Shown piece by piece: positions 1-15,000 of a DNA stretch of 64,000 nucleotides. Position 1 is the stretch's first letter, and each line of letters starts with the position of its first letter. Source of the DNA: the human T2T-CHM13v2.0 reference genome, Homo sapiens; assembly GCF_009914755.1 (NCBI RefSeq), contig NC_060937.1; one strand, 5' to 3'. The position numbers and the translations under genes were made by a program. Under the pieces are notes generated by a model that saw only the letters and a list, made by a program, of their open reading frames with translations, ran no database searches and was not told the DNA's origin.

Positions 1-1360
1 TGAGCTGGGATTCTGAACTCCATTAGGTAGTTGTGAACCTGTGTCAGGTAGCTGAGTATGTAGCCTTAGGCTATACTTTACATTCCTGACTTCAGTTTCC
101 CCTTCTATATAATGAAGACAATAGGATTGTTGGTAAATCAAAGGAGATAATACATTTTAAAGACCGAGCACACAGTTAATATTCCAGAAATTATTGCCGT
201 GGTTTTTATTATCATCTTCATTATGTTTATTGGGAACTTCTATTCTCCAGGCTGCATCAAAAACTGAGTGCTGGAAAACACATCTGAGAATAGGGAGGCA
301 GGACTAGATAGGCGTTGATATTCTCCGACTCTGTGGTCAGTGTGCATGCAGAAGGAAGCAGAGCCCCATCCCTGGCATTTCTGGCCCTCTCCCATCCCAC
401 TTTCCCCATCCTGCTGCCTCACTCCTTCCTCAGCTTGTGCTAGTGACAGCTGAGAGTTTCGACCGTGCAGTCTGGCCCAGCATCTATCTCCTTAACCAGT
501 ACAAGCCTCTGTCTCCTTAGCCCTGCTCCTCTTCCTCTCCTTTGTTTCCTGAGGGTACTGCTGTAGACTCAGATGAGCTGCTGGTAGCTCAGTGAGGAAG
601 CACTCAGAGCTCATTTTTCCCCCTTATCATATGAATTGTGTTAAAGACTAAAAATGCCAGGATGCACTCTAAACTAGTAACAGCAGTTGGAGGCGTGGAG
701 GTAGCAGGGGGAGAAGGAGGTGGTTGAGAGTGTACGTTTTTGACTTTTTATTTTATATAATTTTTAAGCATTGTGATTACAGGTAACATTTGCCTTCTTT
801 TTAGTGTTTTTTCATTATTCAAATATTTTAACCTGACTCATACCTTTTGAAGATTAAAGAAATGAATAATAAAGATTTATCATTCCAATTAAATGAATTT
901 TTCTCTGAGTCAGGAATTCCACAGCAGTAATGCTTCTTTCATTTGGGTTCTATAGAATGAATATCCCATGCTACATCTTTGAGCCTTGCAAGATGGTAGA
1001 GGAAATTCACTGCCATGCATGAGAAAGGCCAACAGGGAGTCTGAAGGGGAGAGGATGAGGTGATCCTTAGAAGGAAAGAAGCAACTGCCAGCCAGGGCTT
1101 GGCCTGCAGGTCTCCTGCGTTCCTCCTCCAATACCCTGTATTCTGGAAGAATCTCTGCATTCATCTTCTAAGCTTACTTTGTAGTTGTCTTTTGTAGTTA
1201 GGGCACAGTTAAAAAGAGATTTACTTGCTCAATATTTGACACATGGACTCACCTATTGATGCTAAGTGCTAGACACACATATGGAGCAAAGCAATGTTCT
1301 TTGTGTTCATTGTTAGGCATGCGGTGATGCTTTTGAAAGGCGTGCAGCGCCAAAGGGTAG

Positions 1361-1690
<330 letters not shown>

Positions 1691-1859
1691 ACTCTGTGTA
1701 TTCTTAAATCCAGCTTCAGACCTAGGGTGAGCTCCTATTCAAAACATAAGGTCTAAGTTTATCTCAGTCCATGTGTTGCCAAACTTTCTGCCAAACATCG
1801 CCATAGACACATTTCTCTGAATCTTAAATTCATTCCCATCAACTAAATACGTGCTTAGC

Positions 1860-2280
1860 GTTGTCATTGTACTTTAATTTAAAAGAGTCCAAACCAAGTA
1901 TAAATGGATAAACCTTTTGGAGGGCAATTCAGCAAGACCTACCAAAATTTATTTTACTTCTATGAATTTACTTGCCTGTGTGCAGAAATAAATGCACACA
2001 TCTATGCATTATAACATTCTTTGTTAACATACTCATTGGAAGCAACACAAGTCTATTTTTAGAGGACTGGTTAAATAAATTATTCTACACCCATACAATG
2101 GAATATATGGAGTCATTAAAAAGAATGAGGTAATCTCTAAATACTGACAATGAAGATGTCTAAGACACATTATCAAGGGGGAATAAAAGAGGTCCACTCT
2201 ATGTATGAGGAGCCTACTTATATAAGCAGAAAAATAATTTGTTGATATGCTCACATAGATATTAAAAATGTGGAAAATAT
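1860..2280 (+). mobile_element. Old L1M (L1ME-like) 3' fragment
   Basis: Degenerate L1M 3' motifs (CCTTTTGGAGGGCAATTCAGCA; CATACAATGGAATATATGGAGTCATTAAAAAGAATGAGGTA). Confidence 0.65.
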
Positions 2281-2309
2281 TTGAAAATCTTTGATTTCAT
2301 ATAGTACTT

Positions 2310-2520
2310 TCTAATATAAGGCTATGATGTGCCAAGCACTGTTTTAAGCTCTTTATAGATATCAACTCATTTAATTCTCATGAGAACCTCTGGGGTAGGT
2401 GCTATTGCTATCCCCACATTTCAGATAAGGAATGGGAAGACAGAGAGCTTGAGGTCACACCCTGAAAGCCTGTGCTGGCTACAGCAGATAGTTTGACCCA
2501 TGCAGTCTGGCCCAGCCTGC
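2310..2520 (-). mobile_element. MIR
   Basis: TGTGCCAAGCACTGTTTTAAGC...CTCATTTAATTCTCA...TTTCAGATAAGGAA core. Confidence 0.75.
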
Positions 2521-4082
2521 TCCTTCTTTCTAGTACTGCTTTAGTTTTTTTTAAATAAGCAGCTATTGCTTTTATTTAAAATTTCAAGAATTAATAGAAA
2601 AAAAAGAATCTAAACCCATTTGGGGCATATCAGTTGCCATTATAAGGCATTCATACACATTACTGCCTCAGGTTCAGGTATTGAGGACAAGATTCAAAAA
2701 TGTGAGCAGGTTACTTGTCTTTTAAGTGATAGAAAAAGCAGAATTTGTTTCAACTCTTGATGTTTCCTGAAATCCAGCTCAAGAGGGAAAGTTGGTTTTA
2801 GAGATCCTGTTTTTCAGACATGCTTCTATGAAATCTTGATAGAGGAGCCAAGAGTACAAGCCTTAAGCAAGGGAGCTCTCCAATAAGACCCTCATTCAAC
2901 AAGGAGGCCGGGGAATAGATTGGGAGAAGTGGGAAGCTGTGTTGGTTGTGGATACCCAAGAGTCATGGAGAGCTTAGGAACAGCATAGCAATTACCCTCC
3001 CCTCTAAGGCAGACACTTAAATTGTGGGAAACACCCAACAGGTCACTTCCTATTGGTGGTTTTAGCATTAACAAGCTGGAGGGTTATTTTTGCTGTTCCA
3101 CTTAGCTGATGGCATCCCACATGAAGGTTTATTAGAAGTACTAAGATGTATACAAGGGTGTGGAAAACAAAGAAGAAAACATAATTAACTGGAAAACAGA
3201 AAGAGAGGAAGGTCCATGATCTGACTGAGGAAGGAAAACAGCAACCCTAAGCCACATATATAGAAAGAAACAAACAAGAGTGCAAGAGTGGGGAAGGGAA
3301 TCCCAAGGACACTCCGGTCTGCTGGGGAGGGTAACCATAACAGTCACAAATTTTGGTTGCAAATAACAAGAACCAGGCCAAGGTAGCTTAAGGAAAAGGT
3401 GGTGGGTGCAGTATTACAAGGGTGGATCAGTGTCTCACAGAAGCCAGCAGCCACTCACAGTCAGGTAGGAGCAGAACTGGAAACTGGAAATCCGGAGGCA
3501 CCCTGGGAGCAGAATTTTCAGACATGCCAAAATTTCAGTCAGTGGATCTCCTTCACCCCACCTACATGGCAGAAGGAAGCAATGTCTGTATTTGGTCATC
3601 TTCCCCAAGCTCTAGTGGTTGGCCTCCAAAACTCAAGAGACAGTTCCAACATCTACAGCAAGTTGGCGGTGTCCTTGGCTCCCCGGATTATTTTGCAATC
3701 TGCTGCTCACACCTCTTAGCTGTCTTGACAGGAGGAAAGGGAGAGACGGCATTTCCTTTTCTCTGTATGATGCCAACTTCTTTTCTCCCCTCATTTTTAT
3801 CTTCCTTCTTTCTTCTTCTATGACACTTCTTTGGCTGGCCAGAAAATTACTTACAGTCTCCCTTATGGCATCTTTTGCCCCCTCCCCCAGCCATGAAGCA
3901 CCCCCATTGTACATTTCTGGAACTGTTCATTGATTGCTCAGAATGGAGTAATTCTCCGTCTGCATCTAAGCCCAATGCACACACAGCAGCAGCTCCCAGG
4001 GTCCATGGAACTGCAGATAGCAGGGTCCAGAAACCTTAGACTGCAAATCTCATCTCAGGATTACTAGTTTTCAGATAAGGAA

Positions 4083-4560
4083 CTGTCTTGGTTTGGTTTC
4101 TACTGAAAGCAGAGCCTGAGATGAGGACTCAGTGCAGGTAGTTTATTTGGGAGACGAGCCTAGGAAGCAGTAACAGGGGAGTATGAGAGAGAAAGGGAAA
4201 ATGTCCATTTCAGAGTATGTTATTGAGTCATCTCTGTAGGCAACAGGGGCTCCACTATGCTGGGGACCTTTGGGAAGTGTTCTTATTCTTCCCCTAATTA
4301 TCAGCCTGAAGTTGTATCCACTCATTCCAACCATCTTCTGTTGAAACGTTATCCCCCAGGGGTCTGTGTGCCTCTCCACTTCCTGGTTGCTCCTGTGCAT
4401 GGGCCAAGAGGGCTCCCACGATTTTGAAGAAGGTCCTCGAAGCAGAGGAAAAAAAGAAAGCCAGGCTTGGAGCAAGATGCTGTCAGCAGAAGGGAAATCC
4501 AACCTTGCAAGGAACAGCCCACTACACTGAGCCAAATTCAGGGGTAGGCTAGGGGGATGT
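4083..4560. mobile_element. Old ERVL-type LTR (LTR16/LTR33-like)
   Basis: AAGCAGAGCCTGAGATGAGGACTCAGTGCAGGTAGTTTATTTGGGAG motif typical of these LTRs; boundaries approximate. Confidence 0.5.
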
Positions 4561-4977
4561 AACACAAAACCCCACCTAGGATTTGTTTTTAATTGCTCAA
4601 AGTAATATGTGTACATGGTAAAAAAAAAAAAATCAAATAGAGAAGAGTATACAGTAAAAGCAGCAATCTCCCACTCCACTCAGCCCAATACCAAGTTCCG
4701 CTACCCAGAACCAACCACGTGAAACTGCTACTAGTTTTTCTTACCTCCAGTTGCCCCTCATTCTTACTCTTCCTCAAAAGAAATACACTGTAAAATCATC
4801 CATCCTCTCCATATCAAGGATTTCTCATGAAGTTTTGGGTTTTGATCCTAATCTACCTTTCACCCAAGGAATCATAGATAGGAAAATATATAAGGGATTT
4901 AACCCCAGAAAATTAGCTCTTTGCATATAGGCATTCACACCTAATCAGGGCTGCTCTTAGCACTGAGCTCTTCAGTA

Positions 4978-5827
4978 CAGGCATACCTTGGAGATATTGT
5001 AGGTTCAGTTCCAGATCACAACAATAAAGCAGATATTGCAGTAAAATAAGTCACAAGAATTTTTTGGTTTTCCGGTGCACATAAAAGTTATGTTTACACT
5101 ATGCTTAATAGACTATAATCTATTAAGTGTGCAATAGCATTGTGTCTAGAAAAATGTTCATATCTTAATTGAAAAACACTTTTGCTGAAAAATACTAATG
5201 ATGGTCTGAGCCTTCAGCAAGTTGTAATCTTTTTGCTGGTGGAGGTTCTTTCCTTGATGTTATGGGCCTTGACCTGGATTAGGCTCTGGTTTATGGGAAT
5301 GCTATGGCTGATTTGATCTTCTATTTAGACTACTCAAACATTCTTCATATAAGCCATCGGGCTATTTCACTTTCTTATCATTCATGTGTTCGCTGGAGTA
5401 GACTTTTAGTTTCCTTCAAGAACTCTTCCTTTGCATTCACAATTTGGCTGTTTGGCTCAAGAGGCCTAACTTTCAGTCTATCTCAGCTTTCAACATGCCT
5501 TCCTCACTAAGCTTAATCATTTCTAGCTTTCAATTTAAAGAAACACATGACTCTTCACTTGAACAGTCTGAAGCCATTGCAGGGTTATTAATTGACCTAA
5601 CTTTAATATTGTTCTGCCTCAGGAAATAGGAAAGCCCAAGGAGAGGAAGAGAGATGGGGGAGCTGCTGGTCGGTGGGGCAGTCAGAGCACACACGCATTT
5701 ATTAAGTTTGCCATCTATGGGCATGGTTCATGGCACCCTAAAACAATTACAATAGTAACTTCAAAGTTCACAAATCACAGATCACTTTAATGGATATAAT
5801 AATAATGAAAGTGTTTGAAATATTGAG
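4978..5827 (-). mobile_element. Tigger1, internally deleted, lacking its 5'-most ~165 bp
   Basis: TA + CAGGCATACCTTGGAGATATTG terminal repeat; internal deletion junction near 5261; the transposase N-terminal region is recognisable on the minus strand. Confidence 0.92.
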
Positions 5828-5844
5828 GAATATGTCCTATTAGT

Positions 5845-6150
5845 TTGGCTTAGTTTTGAGGGGACTTGATTGAGCTGAAGGATGATGAAGACTTCCAAGG
5901 TGATGCAGAATTCTGTGTCATGTTAAAATTCAGTATATTACTTCCAGAACTGTTATGAAACTTATGAAATTTATGTGCCTAAAGTTTAGGCAACTTTTGC
6001 TTCTACCTAACTTTCTGAAAATATTTTCTTTTTCAGAAAGGTGTTGAAATAAAAATTAAATACAAGTTGAGAAACATGTTAAGAGTTACTCTCTGTGAAA
6101 TAAATCTGGAGTCAGAATGTAAACATATGCTTATTGAATAGATCTCAATT
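5845..6150 (+). mobile_element. Possible ancient hAT/Charlie transposase C-terminal remnant
   Basis: Broken translations DLIELKDD, FAST*LSENIF and EIKIKYKLRNMLRVTLCEI resemble the hAT dimerisation domain, in the expected order. Confidence 0.4.
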
Positions 6151-6331
6151 TTTTGAGACCAGTTTATTCCTGTTATTGCCACTAGTTTCATTGACTTGAT
6201 CAATATTATGCACTCTGAATGAATAAAGTTGATTAAATTTTTTTGTGTGTGTTGCTTTTGTATTCAGGCTTTAACCCATCCATTGCCATTTTTAGCATTA
6301 AAAAATTTATAGAACTACGGATATTTGGCTG

Positions 6332-6697
6332 GCTTTCTTTCTTTCTTTCTTTCTCTCTCTTTCTTTCTTTTCTCTCTTTCTCTCTTTCTTTCTTCTTTTT
6401 TTTTTGGACGGACTCTCGTTCTCTTGCCCAGGCTGGAGTGCAATGGCACGATCTCGGCTCATGGCAAGCTCCGCCTCCCAGGTTCACACCATTCTCCTGC
6501 CTCAGCCTTCTGAGTAGCTGGGACTACAGGCACCCACCACCACGCCCGGCTAATTTTTTTTTTTTTTTTTTGTATTTTTAGTAGAGACGGGGTTTCACTG
6601 AGTTAGCCAGGATGGTCTCGATCTCCTGACTTCTTGATCCGCCCGCCTCAGCCTCCCAAAGTGCTGGGATCACAGGCGTGAGCCACTGTGCCCGGCA
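6332..6697 (-). mobile_element. AluY with (TTTC)n-expanded tail
   Basis: GCAAGCTCCGCCTCC, TTAGCCAGGATGGTCTCGATCTCC diagnostics. Confidence 0.93.
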
Positions 6698-6725
6698 GGG
6701 TATTTGGTTTTCTAATCAGGTAGCC

Positions 6726-7092
6726 TGCTATGGATTGAATTTTTGTATCTCCCCCAAATTCATGTGTTGAAGCCCTAATCCTCAGTATGATAGTGTTTGG
6801 AGGTGGGGCCTTTGATAGGTTATTAGGTCATGAGGGTGCAAACTTTCATGAATGGCATTAGTGCTCTCATAAGAAAGGATATGAGAGAAATGATTTCTAT
6901 CTTGGCCACATGAGGCTACAGTGAGAAGAGATGGCTGTCTACAAGCCAGAAAATGGGCCATCACCATTCACCAAATCTGCTGGCACATTTTTCTTAGACT
7001 TCCAAACCTCCATAAATGTGAGAAATAAATGTTTATTGTTTAAACCACTCCAGTCTATGGTATTTTTGGTATTAGCAACTTGAACTAAGACA
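6726..7092 (+). mobile_element. MLT1A-type MaLR solo LTR
   Basis: TGCTATGGATTGAAT start; AATAAATGTTTATTGTTTAAACCACT; ends ACTAAGACA. Confidence 0.85.
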
Positions 7093-7380
7093 TGCTGTAT
7101 TGTTAAAAATTCTTGAATGTTTTTGTGTTAAAATATTTGTCTGTGTATGTGTGTATGTGTATAGATCAGATATACTTCCTTGTTGCTTTATTCATTGGTC
7201 CCTGTTAATTTAGCTCTGATTATGTCTAATCTAGGGAATATTGAAGACAATTATGTTATTGCCTACCCACCCTTACGAGTCTCTTTTTGCAGCAAAAGAT
7301 TCCCAAGTTGTGTTCCTTACTATCCTCATCACCTACCTTTGAGTCCTGTCCAGTGTGGCAAAGTCCTTAAAAGTAATGTC

Positions 7381-7720
7381 TCAGGAGTGGTAGCTCACGC
7401 CTGTAATCTCAGCATTTTGGGAGGCTGAGGCAGGCAGATCACTTGAGGCCAGGAGTTCGAGACCAGCCTGGCCAACATGGCAAAACCCCATGTCTACTAA
7501 AAACACAAAAATTAGCTGAGCTTGATGGCACATGCCTATATTCCCAATTACTTGGGTAGCTGAGTCACAAGAATCACTTAAACCTGGGGTGAGGCTTGTC
7601 GTGGGGGAGGTTGGTTGCAGTGAGCTGAGATTGCGCCACTGCACTATAGTCTGGGTGACAGAGCAAGACTATGTCTCAAAAAAAAAAAAAAGAAAGAAAC
7701 AAAGAAAAAGAAAAAAAATA
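7381..7720 (+). mobile_element. AluS
   Basis: Dimeric Alu with A-rich tail and a small internal insertion near 7590. Confidence 0.92.
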
Positions 7721-8097
7721 GAATACGTTGATCATAAGAGGAGACTAAAACAAGTGAGCATTGACATAATCAGCTCTAGTAAATCTACTAGGCAGAGCTA
7801 ATGAGAATTCTGTGTATACATTTTCCTACTCAAGTAATTTGAAATATTATGTGAAAAAGTTATAACTAAGTCTGTGGTTCATGGAATGGTTTTTAAGCAA
7901 TATTCCTTAGAAAGGAAGAAAAAGTTGGGTTTTGCTATGTCACCTGTCTTCTTATACATTTTTAAAAAAGATCCTTCATTTTGTTCAAATTATTCATAGA
8001 CTTTGCATCTGTTTTTGAGTTGGATTTCCTAAATGGTACTATTTGTTCATCTGCAAACACCTGAGTTACAAAAGGTTTTCTCAAATGAGGTCATTCA

Positions 8098-8342
<245 letters not shown>

Positions 8343-8347
8343 CTACA

Positions 8348-8994
8348 TGTTAGGAGACCAGTTTCTGGGGGAAAAAAAAATCTATGTGTGAATGTTCTGG
8401 CCTTTCCATAGGCAACAACAAAGGCTTTCCCTGGCAGTCTTCTGGGGAAATCTGCCCTGCCCACACAGCCTTGGTGCACAGCCAGTGCACTGTGGTCTTT
8501 GAGGAGACCTGCGGTCTCTTCACTGCAAGAGACAAGGAGTCCTGCCCACTGGCTGGTCATGCTCTTATGCACAGTGACTTCCTAGCCAGGCACCTCCACT
8601 GGAAAAGGTGCCTCCTTATCTGTAAACCTTGAAGATATTTTCTCCACTCTGACTGACTCAGTGTCCAGTAACTTTTCCACTTCTAGCCCTCCCCTCTCCT
8701 CTGGGTCCCAGGTCCATAAAACTGCAAAAGCCTTTTGTTCCAGGCTTCTTACTCAATGAGACACTGCCCCCTACCCCACCCCCAGGGATCCATCTGATCC
8801 TCAACAGGTGCACTGTTCCATGCAGAAATGGAACAGGGAAGAGACGACAGCTTTCTCTGGTTTTAGCCTCTTGCTTTTATTATCACAGTACATGGATAAA
8901 GGCTTCACTCTTGCTTTCATTTTGGCGCACTGCTTTTAACTTGCTGCTCTGGCAATTCAGTTCTAGTTAGCTCAGCCTGAGACAGGTCCTGACA
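8348..8994 (+). mobile_element. Probable ERV solo LTR, family unassigned
   Basis: TGTTAGGA...TCCTGACA inverted termini; ~650 bp; TATA-like CATAAAA at ~8716. Confidence 0.45.
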
Positions 8995-9126
8995 ACGCAG
9001 TTCCCATCAATAAAAGCTTTTACCATAAAATGGGCACACCAGGCAGTAATAATTATAAAAGCCAACATTTACTGAGCTCTTACTGTATGCCAGAAACCAT
9101 GATAAGCCTTTTAAATATATGATTGC

Positions 9127-9350
9127 TGTATTGCTCAAAGTGTGGTCCAGGAACTAGTGCCGACTGACACAGTTTGTTACCAATTTAAGACATGATAAGT
9201 AGAAAAACTGAGAGTATGTATTTAGAAACTTGTATTTGTCACTGCTATGTAACTGGTATTTTTTTTTGTATTTGTATGAGTATTCGTCCACAACAGATTG
9301 AAAATTTTAGAAATATGTTCTTTCACCACAGATGAATGGAGAAGCACTAT
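9127..9350 (+). mobile_element. MER5C-like hAT MITE inserted in a MIR
   Basis: CTCAAAGTGTGGTCC...TTCACCACAGATGAATGGAGAAGCACT; MIR sequence on both flanks (~9050-9500). Confidence 0.65.
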
Positions 9351-10007
9351 GCTATCTCATCTAATCTTTAAAACGATCTTTTGAAGTACGTCCCATTAGT
9401 ACCCCTCATATACTGATGAGTAACCCAAGGCCCAGACAGGCTGAGTAACTTGCTCAGGGTCATGCTGATAAGTAGTGTCAATGCTGTGGCAAGACAGCTC
9501 GCTCCAGCTGCTGGGCTTCCTTACTCTAGGGCTAGACTCACAGCTCTTTTTATCAGTGAATATCTTGTGCTACCCAAATGTGATCTAACAAGTGTCCTAT
9601 GGAGCCACTTGGGTAGAATATCTGTCATTGTGTTTGCCCCAGCAAATCCAGGGTGTACAGCTGCCTTAGACAAGTACCTCTGTCACATAATTAAATGACA
9701 CTCTCTACCTACATTGGCAAGGAGAAGTTCTGAGTCTTTGCAGGAAGCCCACCACATTCCAAGGTATCTTCTTGTGTTGGATGTAGGGTTTTCAGAACTT
9801 CAATTCTTGTTAGAATCAGTATTTACCCAAATCAATTTTCCCTGTCCTTAGCACCAATTTCCAAACTTATAATTCCATTTACTTTCAGTTTTAGGATTCT
9901 GCGTCTGTATGGTCACGGGTACGTATTTCCTGCTGTCATCACAGGCATGGAAATAAAATTTTGTGAATCCGAGTATTTCCCATAGACTGAGGTCTCGACT
10001 GCTTATA

Positions 10008-10201
10008 CTGGCACACCTCGTTTTATGCACTTCACTTTATTGTGCTGTGCAGATATCGTATTCTTACAGACTGAAGGTTTGTGGCAACCCTATATCCAGC
10101 AAATCTATTGGTGCCATTTTCCCAACAGCATGTGCTCACTTCATGTTTCTGTGTTACATTTTAGTAATTCTCTCAATATTTCAAACATTTTCATTATTAT
10201 T
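10008..10201 (+). mobile_element. Tigger1 5' end (~195 bp)
   Basis: TA + CTGGCACACCTCGTTTTATGCACTTCACTTTATTG...TGAAGGTTTGTGGCAACCCT. Confidence 0.92.
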
Positions 10202-10932
10202 GGGGAGCAGCTGGTTTTGGTTACATGAATAAGTTCTTTAGTGGTGATTTCTGAAATTTTGGTGCACTCATCACATGGTCAGTGTACACTGTACCCAATG
10301 CATAGTCCTTTAACCCTCATGCCCCACCCGCCCTTTCGCCTGAATCCCCAAAGTCTATTACATCATGTTTATGCCTTTGTGTCCTCATAGCTTAGTTCCC
10401 ACTTATAAGTGAGAATACACAACATTCCATTCCTGAGTTACTTCACCTATAATCATGGTCTCCAACTCCATGCAGGTTGCTGCAAATGTCATTATTTTGT
10501 TTCGATTTATGGCTGATTCGTTTTCCATGGTGCATATATACCACATTTTCTTTATTCACTAATTGTTTGATGGACATTTAAGCTGGTTCCACATTTTTGC
10601 AATTGCAAATTGTGCTGCTATAAACATGTGTGTGCCAGTGTCTTTTTCATATAATGACTTCCTTTCCTTTGTGTGAAGAATACCCAGTAGTGGGATTACT
10701 GGATTGAATGGTGGTTCTACTTTTAGTTATTTAAGGAATCTCCATACTGTTTTCCACAGTGGTTGTACTGGTTTACATTTCTACCAGCAGTGTAAAAATG
10801 TTCCTTTTTCACCACATCCATGCCAACATCTATTTTTTTTTCATTTTTAAATTATGGCCATTTTTGCAGGAGTAAGGTGGTATCACATGTGGTTTTTATT
10901 TGCATTGCCCTGATAATAAGTGATGCTGAGTA

Positions 10933-11239
10933 TTTTTTTTTATACTTTAAGTTCTAGGGTACATGTGCACAACGTGCAGTTTTGTTACATATGTATACAT
11001 GTGCCATGTTGGTGTGCTGCACCCATTAACTCGTCATTTACATTAGGTATATCTCCTAATGCTATCCTTCCCGCCCCCCCCACCCCCCACCCCACCACAG
11101 GCCCCGGTGTGTGATGTTCCCCTTCTTGCGTCCATGTGTTCTCATTGTTCAATTCCCACCTATGAGTGAGAACATGTGGTGTTTGGTTTTTTGTCCTTGT
11201 GATCGTTTGCTGAGAATGATGGTTTCCAGCTTCATCCAT
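10933..11239 (-). mobile_element. L1PA 3' fragment nested in L1PB
   Basis: TATACTTTAAGTTCTAGGGTACATGTGCACAACGTGCAG L1PA 3' end. Confidence 0.92.
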
Positions 11240-11728
11240 GGCATTTTTTTATTTGTTTGTTGGCCATTTGTTTATCCTCTTTTGAGAATTGTCTGTTCAT
11301 GTCTTTTGCCCACTTTTTGTTGGGATTATTTCTTTTTCCTTGCTGATTTGTTTGAGTTCCTGTATACTAGTCCTTTGTTAAATGCATAGTTCACAAATAT
11401 TTTCTCCCACTCTGTGGGTTGTCTGTTTACTCTGCTGATTATTTCTTTTGCTGTGCAGAAGCTTGTTAGTTTAATTAGGTCCCATTTATTTATTTTTGTT
11501 TTTGTTGCATTTGCTTTTGGGTTCTTGGTCATAAAGTCTTTGCATAAGCTCATATCTAGAGAGTATTTCTGATGTCTTCTTCTAGAATTTTTATGGTTTC
11601 AGGTCTTAGATTTAAGTCTTTGTTCAATCCTGAATCAATGTTTGTATAAGGTGAGAGATGAGGATCAAGTTTTATTCTTCTACATGTGGCTTGCCAATTA
11701 TCCCAGCACCATTTGTTGAATAGGGTGA

Positions 11729-12082
<354 letters not shown>

Positions 12083-15000
12083 TAGCTGTAAGTATTTGGA
12101 TTTATTTTTGGGTTCTCTATTCTGTTCCATTGGTCTACATGCCAATTTTCACACCAGCCCCATGCTGTTTTGGTAACTGTAGCCTTGTATTATAGCTTAA
12201 AGTCGGGTAATGTGATGCCTCCAAATGTGTTCTTTTTGCTTAGTCTTGCTTTGACTATGTGGGCTCCTTTTTGGTTCCATATGAACTGTAGAATTTTTTT
12301 TTCTAGTTCTGTGAAAAGTGATGATACTATTTTGATGGGAAGTACACTGAATCTGTAGATTTTGGCAGTATGGCCATTTTCACAATATTGATTCTACCCA
12401 TCCATGAGCATGGGATGTGTTTCCATTTATTTGTGTCATCTATGATTTCCTTCAGCAATGTTTTGTAGTTTTCCTTGTAGAAATCTTTTACCTCCTTGGT
12501 TAAGTACATTCCTAGGTTTTTCGGGGTTTTTTTGTTTTTGTTTTTGTTTTTGTTTGCAGCTGCTGTAAAACGGATTGAGTTATTTATTTGATTCTCTGTT
12601 TGGTTGTTGTTGGTGTATAGTCATACTACTGGTTTGTGTACATGAATTTTGTATCCTGAAAATTTATTTAATTCATTTATCAGTTCTTCGAGTTTTATGG
12701 ATGAGTCTTCAGGGTTTTCTAGGTATATGTCATATCATCAGTGAACAGCGACAGTTTGACTTTCTCTTTACTGATTTGGATGCCCTTTACTTCTTTCTCT
12801 TGTCTGATTGCTCTGGCTAGGACTTCCAGTACTATGTTGGGTAGAAGTGGTGAAAGTTGGCATCCTCGTCTTGTTCCAGTTCTCAGGGGCAACACTTTCA
12901 ACTTTTCCCTGTTCAGTATTATGTTGCTCCTGACTTTATTTCTGTGTGAGTTGTTTCTTCAGGATAGCTTTTCTTTGTAACACAATGGTAGCAGCAAGTT
13001 CAGGCTGTAAATCCATATTCTTTGTCATCCAAAAAGAAAGAGATTTCCTGTGTCCCACAACTCCCAAAAAATTTTTCAAAGCATCACATTGATTAGACAA
13101 CCTCTAAAGCAATCCCTTGAACTAAGGGAATATCATGTACTGAATGGCTTAGTATTCAATTACCTGGAGCAGTAAACATGGACTCAGGGCAAGATGTGGA
13201 TTTGCAGCATTTGCCAATTTCCATGGTGTAAATATTCCCACGATAGCCAATAAAGTGTGTGAGAGAGAGGAAAAATGGAAACACTATGAAGAATGCCAGA
13301 AATATTGTCAAGAGACAGGGAATGAAGAAACAACAGAACATATCTTAAGGCATTGAGGGAAAAATAATATCTTTTGCTGATTTAAGTCTACTTAATAAAA
13401 TGGTTACACACATAAATACTAGAATAATAGATACCAAACTATGAACAGTTATTATTTCTTGGTGGTAGCCATATGAGTAAACTTCCTTGTATTTTTTAAA
13501 TATATATATATATGAATAAACAACATATTTCTTTTACAAGAGGAAAATATGGTATTTTCATAATACTATTTGCCAAAACACATCTGGAATTGATGTCAGA
13601 ATTCAGCACTCCTAATGCAGCATTCTCTACTTAATTATGTAAAATCACTCAACAAACATTCTCCTCATGCAAAGAAGTAGAATGAAATTGTTGGTAAAGG
13701 AAATGGCTGATTTTACACATTATAAACTCACTCCTTCTGCAGTGTCATTCAAATATTTATTGATCACCCTCTACCTACCATAATCATTTTCCATGAATTG
13801 TTCCCAAAACAATTTTATTGATATTAATCTTTATAATAATATTCCAAACTTTTAATTGCAATAAAAATCATCAAAATAAATGCATGTTATACTGATTTAT
13901 CATCTTATTTAGCTATTACTGTGATGCTTACTTCACACTACAAGACATGAAAAAATTGAAAAAATGATGAAGTTGATAGACCAGAAAAACTATCTATTAA
14001 TTATGTGAGGAACTTAAATTATCAAAAACTAAGTGGTTTTCCTTGCTTTAAAGAAATTACAATGTCTGAGTGGCAGATGAAATGAAATAAGACAGAAATT
14101 CATCTTTCTTCCTCTGCCCCTCATTCATAAGCCTTTTTGTTCATTTCAAAATGGAAAGCAAGAAGAATTAATGAGATTTTTGCCTGAAGCATATCCCTCT
14201 AAACCCACATCTATTTAAATTAAAAATTCACCAAAATAGTGTCTGCATTTTCAGTAATTCTTGAAAAACAATTGTATAGCCTCCAAATGACAATCTCAAA
14301 AGATAAAGAAATAATACAAATATATTTAAAAAACAACTGTCTGAATCTATATATTTTTCCTCTTGAGTCTTTTTTCAAATTGAAGTCTTCAGATGAAATG
14401 TTTATAAGCCTATTCAAGTGTCTGCACTTATTTCTACACCTAGCATAAGATCATAACATTTTATCGTGTTAGAAAAGCAGCACTTACAGGACAACTGCTC
14501 TGAAATTCATATGCCACAGCATATAACTGAAGGATTTTCAGTGGAGTGGTCTTGAGAGTAGATGATTTTTCTCCCCAGGGGTCTGCCTTCCATACTAGAT
14601 TAGGAACTCCTCAAGGCAAGGGATTTTCTTTATGTCATAGGCACCTTTGCATATTGGTGGACATATAATTGGTTTCAGTGAATATTTATTAAATAAATGA
14701 ATCAGTAATTGAATAAAGCTCTGCTTTGCCCAGTGGCTCAAATTCATGAATCCAGAAACAACCTTAAATTTGAATAAGCAGAGATGTAAAATTGCATGTA
14801 GGACATAGTCACATGGTGGCTTCTCAAGTCATCCGCAGTCCATCCATCCTCAAAACCTCAAAAGCTCCTTGAGCCTTCTGACCACTTTCTAAGGCAAAGA
14901 AATTATGGCATCTCCATCTTATTCATTGAAAGGTGTTGCCCAATTTAGGTTTCAAGGGGTCCTTCTAGCAAGCTGTTAAGATAAGCACCCAGTGTGTGAC

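Noticed and set aside
4143-4679. 178-aa minus-strand ORF
   Set aside because: Runs through old LTR/L1M sequence; no domain similarity or exon structure
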